From positions 47,988,001 through 48,052,000 of the forward strand of contig OZ076420.1 in assembly GCA_964187785.1 (NCBI GenBank): DNA of 64,000 bases. Reading direction: 5' to 3'. Below, piece after piece: positions 61,162-64,000 of this stretch (position 1 is its first letter; each line of letters begins with the position of its first letter). The position numbers were made by a program, and so were the translations under genes. Below the pieces are notes generated by a model. The model made no database searches. It was given only the letters and a program-made list of their open reading frames with translations, and had not been told where the DNA came from. The stretch is from Amphiscolops sp. MND2022 (lineage: Eukaryota).

Positions 61162-62667
61162 TTTATTTATTTGGAAATTCATACCAAATGTCAAGGAACA
61201 GAATAGTATGTTATCCAAAAAGGAAAATGGTTGGCACAAGTTGCTTGTTTATGTTTCATAAATCCAAGAGAAAAACCTATTCCACGTATGGCTGATCGTT
61301 CATTGTGGTTGCGCCAAAGCTAATCTTGGAAGGATTGAAAAACTCCTCCCTTGGAAGGATTTAAAAAGGAATAAAATACACTAAGAGAAGTTTCCTACGA
61401 ATAACGATCTGATGCCTTTCAAATTGAAATGAACTCTCCCGACGTTACTCTGAATGTAAATCGGTGAAATTTATCGGCATTTGTCCAGGCAGCTGAACGA
61501 TCAACCACTGTTCCCTTTTGTTCCAAAACATTACATTCCGCTGAAGTTGAAGACAAGAAGAAAAGCCAAGGGTCTGGTGACTATAGCTCACAGTTGCACA
61601 AATCTCAAACAGCGTTCGCAGGCAAAATCAATAGCCAAAACGTACCATTGGTTAAAACTCTCAACCTAAGTCTCGGTAACTCGAAATTTCGAATAGAATT
61701 TTCAGTTATGCAATCAATTAAGTATTGATAAAAGCTGTGGTTCATATATTTCTGAATTCTAAAAAAAACACTATTTCCTGCTTAAAATAGTATTAAAATA
61801 CATTTTCTATTTTAAGAGGCAGTGTATACAATATAAGTAATAAAAACGTAATTGAAAGGGTAAAAAGGGGGTAATTATGGCAAATTAAGTAAAACGGTAA
61901 ACACTCCAGCATTTTATTCTTCTACAAGTATGTCGAAGCTGTTTTGAATGAGCATCTTTCCATTGTCAAATACTACTAAACTACGTTCCAAACTAAAAAT
62001 GCTTGTTCTCAGAGCGGAATTTTAGTCGAGCTGAAAAGCTTTTTTTGTCTTTGTCTCAATTGTTTAGTTCACATCTTTTAGTTGTAAATTTTTATCATCG
62101 ATAAAAAAACTATTACCATTCACAGAGCTCTACGACGAAACCAATAGCTTCTGAGCGTTTTCCGTAGCAAAATCAGTAGTTTTTCAAAATAAAAATGCCA
62201 GAAAATGAAAAATGCTATAATCAGCCCAAAAGTGTTTTTGTGCTTTTTTCAAAGTTTCAAACGTTTTTATCAGCGGAACTTTCTTGGTTACTTTCAACCG
62301 TTGAAAATATGGTTCTGCTTGAATAATTCAGGGCGGAAAATTTTCCGGTGCTCAATGTTAACTGGAGCTGATGTTCAAGTACTTAATGCTGTACCAAATG
62401 TGCGTTAACGCAACTTTGAGTTGATATTTCTGTTGAGTTCGCAAACATACAAATTAAGTATTTTATTCAGCAATTTTTCAATGGATTCCTATAAATTTTT
62501 TTGCTGTTAGTGTGGTTGAGTTCATCCGAATAAAATCTCATAACTTCGTGAATTTTTCTAATGAAATCAGAGTTGAGAGTTCTTTCAATGGCGAAATCCT
62601 ATGCAGGGCCGTTTAGAAATCCGCTGAGAGAAATTGTAATTTGTTTGAAAGCTGGAGTTTGAATATG

Positions 62668-63200
62668 ATTACCAGAAAACTCAACACAAGAAAACTCAAC
62701 ACAAGAAAACTCAACACAGAAAACTCAACACAAGAAAACTCAACACACGAAAACTAAACACAGAAAACTCAACATATTTTAAGCCTTCAATTAGTACTGC
62801 TGATAATTTATGCATTTGACACAATTTTTCTAGAATGTTTGTGTTTGCGTTTAGACTTTTTCTATCGTTTTGTTTCATGGTTTCGACCAATGTAAGCAAC
62901 GTTTTAACGTGAAAAACAGCTTAGTAAAAGGAAAATAAAATGAATTTTATGTGTGTTTGAAATGCGTCGCAATTGTGATTAAGTGTGAACGGAAATTATA
63001 CGGATTTAACAATTAGTTAGATTTCAGAAACTAAACTCAATTGAGGTGTTAACTAATAATAATTAAATGTGTTGAGATTTTGTGTTGAGTTTTCTGTGTT
63101 GAGTTTTCTTGTGTTGAGTTTTCTGCTTTTCACTATGTGTTGAGTTTTCTGTGTTGAGTTTTCTTGTGTTGAGTTTTCTTGTGTTGAGTTTTCCGTACCC
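62668..63200. mobile_element. Mutator-type MITE with tandem-repeat arms
   Basis: Inverted arrays (agaaaactcaacaca)n and (tgtgttgagttttct)n. Perfect 9-bp TSD ttgaatatg at 62659-62667 and 63201-63209. Right end gtaccc; left terminus degenerate. Confidence 0.8.
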
Positions 63201-63499
63201 CTTGAATATGTTTTCGGGCTCAGTTAGGCCAGTCAGCACGCCTCAGAATTTATTCCGATTTGAAACATTTTTGCTCCACGAAAACTGTAATACAGCCTAT
63301 ATAATTACGGACTTGCATTGAAGTTGTATTCAGTAAGTACTGCAAGTCTTGAAAATTTAAAGTTTAAAGATAATTAAAGTTACATTGTGAAATTTTACTT
63401 TCAGTACACTCAAAGTTACTTTTTCAGCAAAATAAAGTTTAATTTTGTACATCGTTTGAACCATATATTTATTTTCAGTGAACGATTTTTTTCTTACAA

Positions 63500-64000
63500 T
63501 TATTCAATATTTTTTCTAAGATCACGCTTGAGAATCTTGCCACCTCCGGAGCGAGGAAGTTTATCGATTGTGTAGACTTTGTGAATCTTTTTATGCTTCG
63601 CTATGTTGTCAGATACAAATTTCAGGAGAGTTGATTTGAGATTTTCTTCTTCGATTTCTTTTCCTTCCACGGAAGGCACAACAAACGCAACTGGGATTTC
63701 TCCGTGTTCTTCGCTTTTTTCTCCCACAACAGCACAATCGGCTATAAGGGGATTAGAAAGCAATATATCCTCGATTTCTGCCGGCGAAACTGAAAAACCA
63801 CGGAACTTCACAACATCTTTGATACGACCACTGACGAAAATATTGTTGTTCTCATCCATGTAAACCACGTCCCCGGTTCTAAAGAACCCATCCGTCGTAA
63901 GAGATTCTTCGCTCTTCTTCGGATCGTTGAAATACAAACTGAAAATGACGTCACTTTTCACGACCAGTTCACCTTCTCGGTTCGGTTCAGTGACGACAAT
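63500..64000 (-). CDS. C-terminal part of an ANL-family AMP-dependent ligase (4-coumarate-CoA ligase/luciferase-like), open to the window edge
   Basis: GELVVKS, GFFRTGD, GRIKDVVKFRGFSVSPAEIE, HGEIPVAFVV and LPRSGGGKILKR (A10 Lys). No C-terminal SKL-type signal. Confidence 0.92.
   Translation of the reverse strand: MVVTEPNREGELVVKSDVIFSLYFNDPKKSEESLTTDGFFRTGDVVYMDENNNIFVSGRIKDVVKFRGFSVSPAEIEDILLSNPLIADCAVVGEKSEEHGEIPVAFVVPSVEGKEIEEENLKSTLLKFVSDNIAKHKKIHKVYTIDKLPRSGGGKILKRDLRKNIE

Overview
AT-rich, intron-containing animal genomic DNA with no prokaryotic features. The repeat style recalls acoel flatworm assemblies, which is recollection and not verified. Host genes: (1) an intronless trypsin-like serine-protease homologue with a frameshift and catalytic Ser replaced by Phe (5934-6745, minus); (2) an 11-12 exon F-BAR/coiled-coil/SH3 gene (15866-34982, plus) whose terminal SH3 exon is repeated by a 3.07-kb tandem duplication (34375-40506); (3) a 3-exon ADF/cofilin-like gene (42921-56472, minus); (4) the 3' part of a 4CL/luciferase-like acyl-CoA synthetase (63500 to window end, minus). 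The rest is mostly transposon-derived. A full-length BEL/Pao LTR retrotransposon (43152-53052, TSD TTAGG) has near-identical LTRs, a broken gag-pol, a tRNA-like Pol III module inside each LTR, an extra SGNH-hydrolase-like ORF and a small Cys-cluster/transmembrane ORF upstream of gag. Also present: three Mutator-type elements with 9-bp TSDs, three CCC...GGG elements with 2-bp TSDs and shared subterminal arrays (CACTA/EnSpm-like, one enclosing a host exon), and an abundant Helentron/DINE-1-like family whose 3' hairpin shows compensatory base changes. All calls come from manual reading; no database searches were run.
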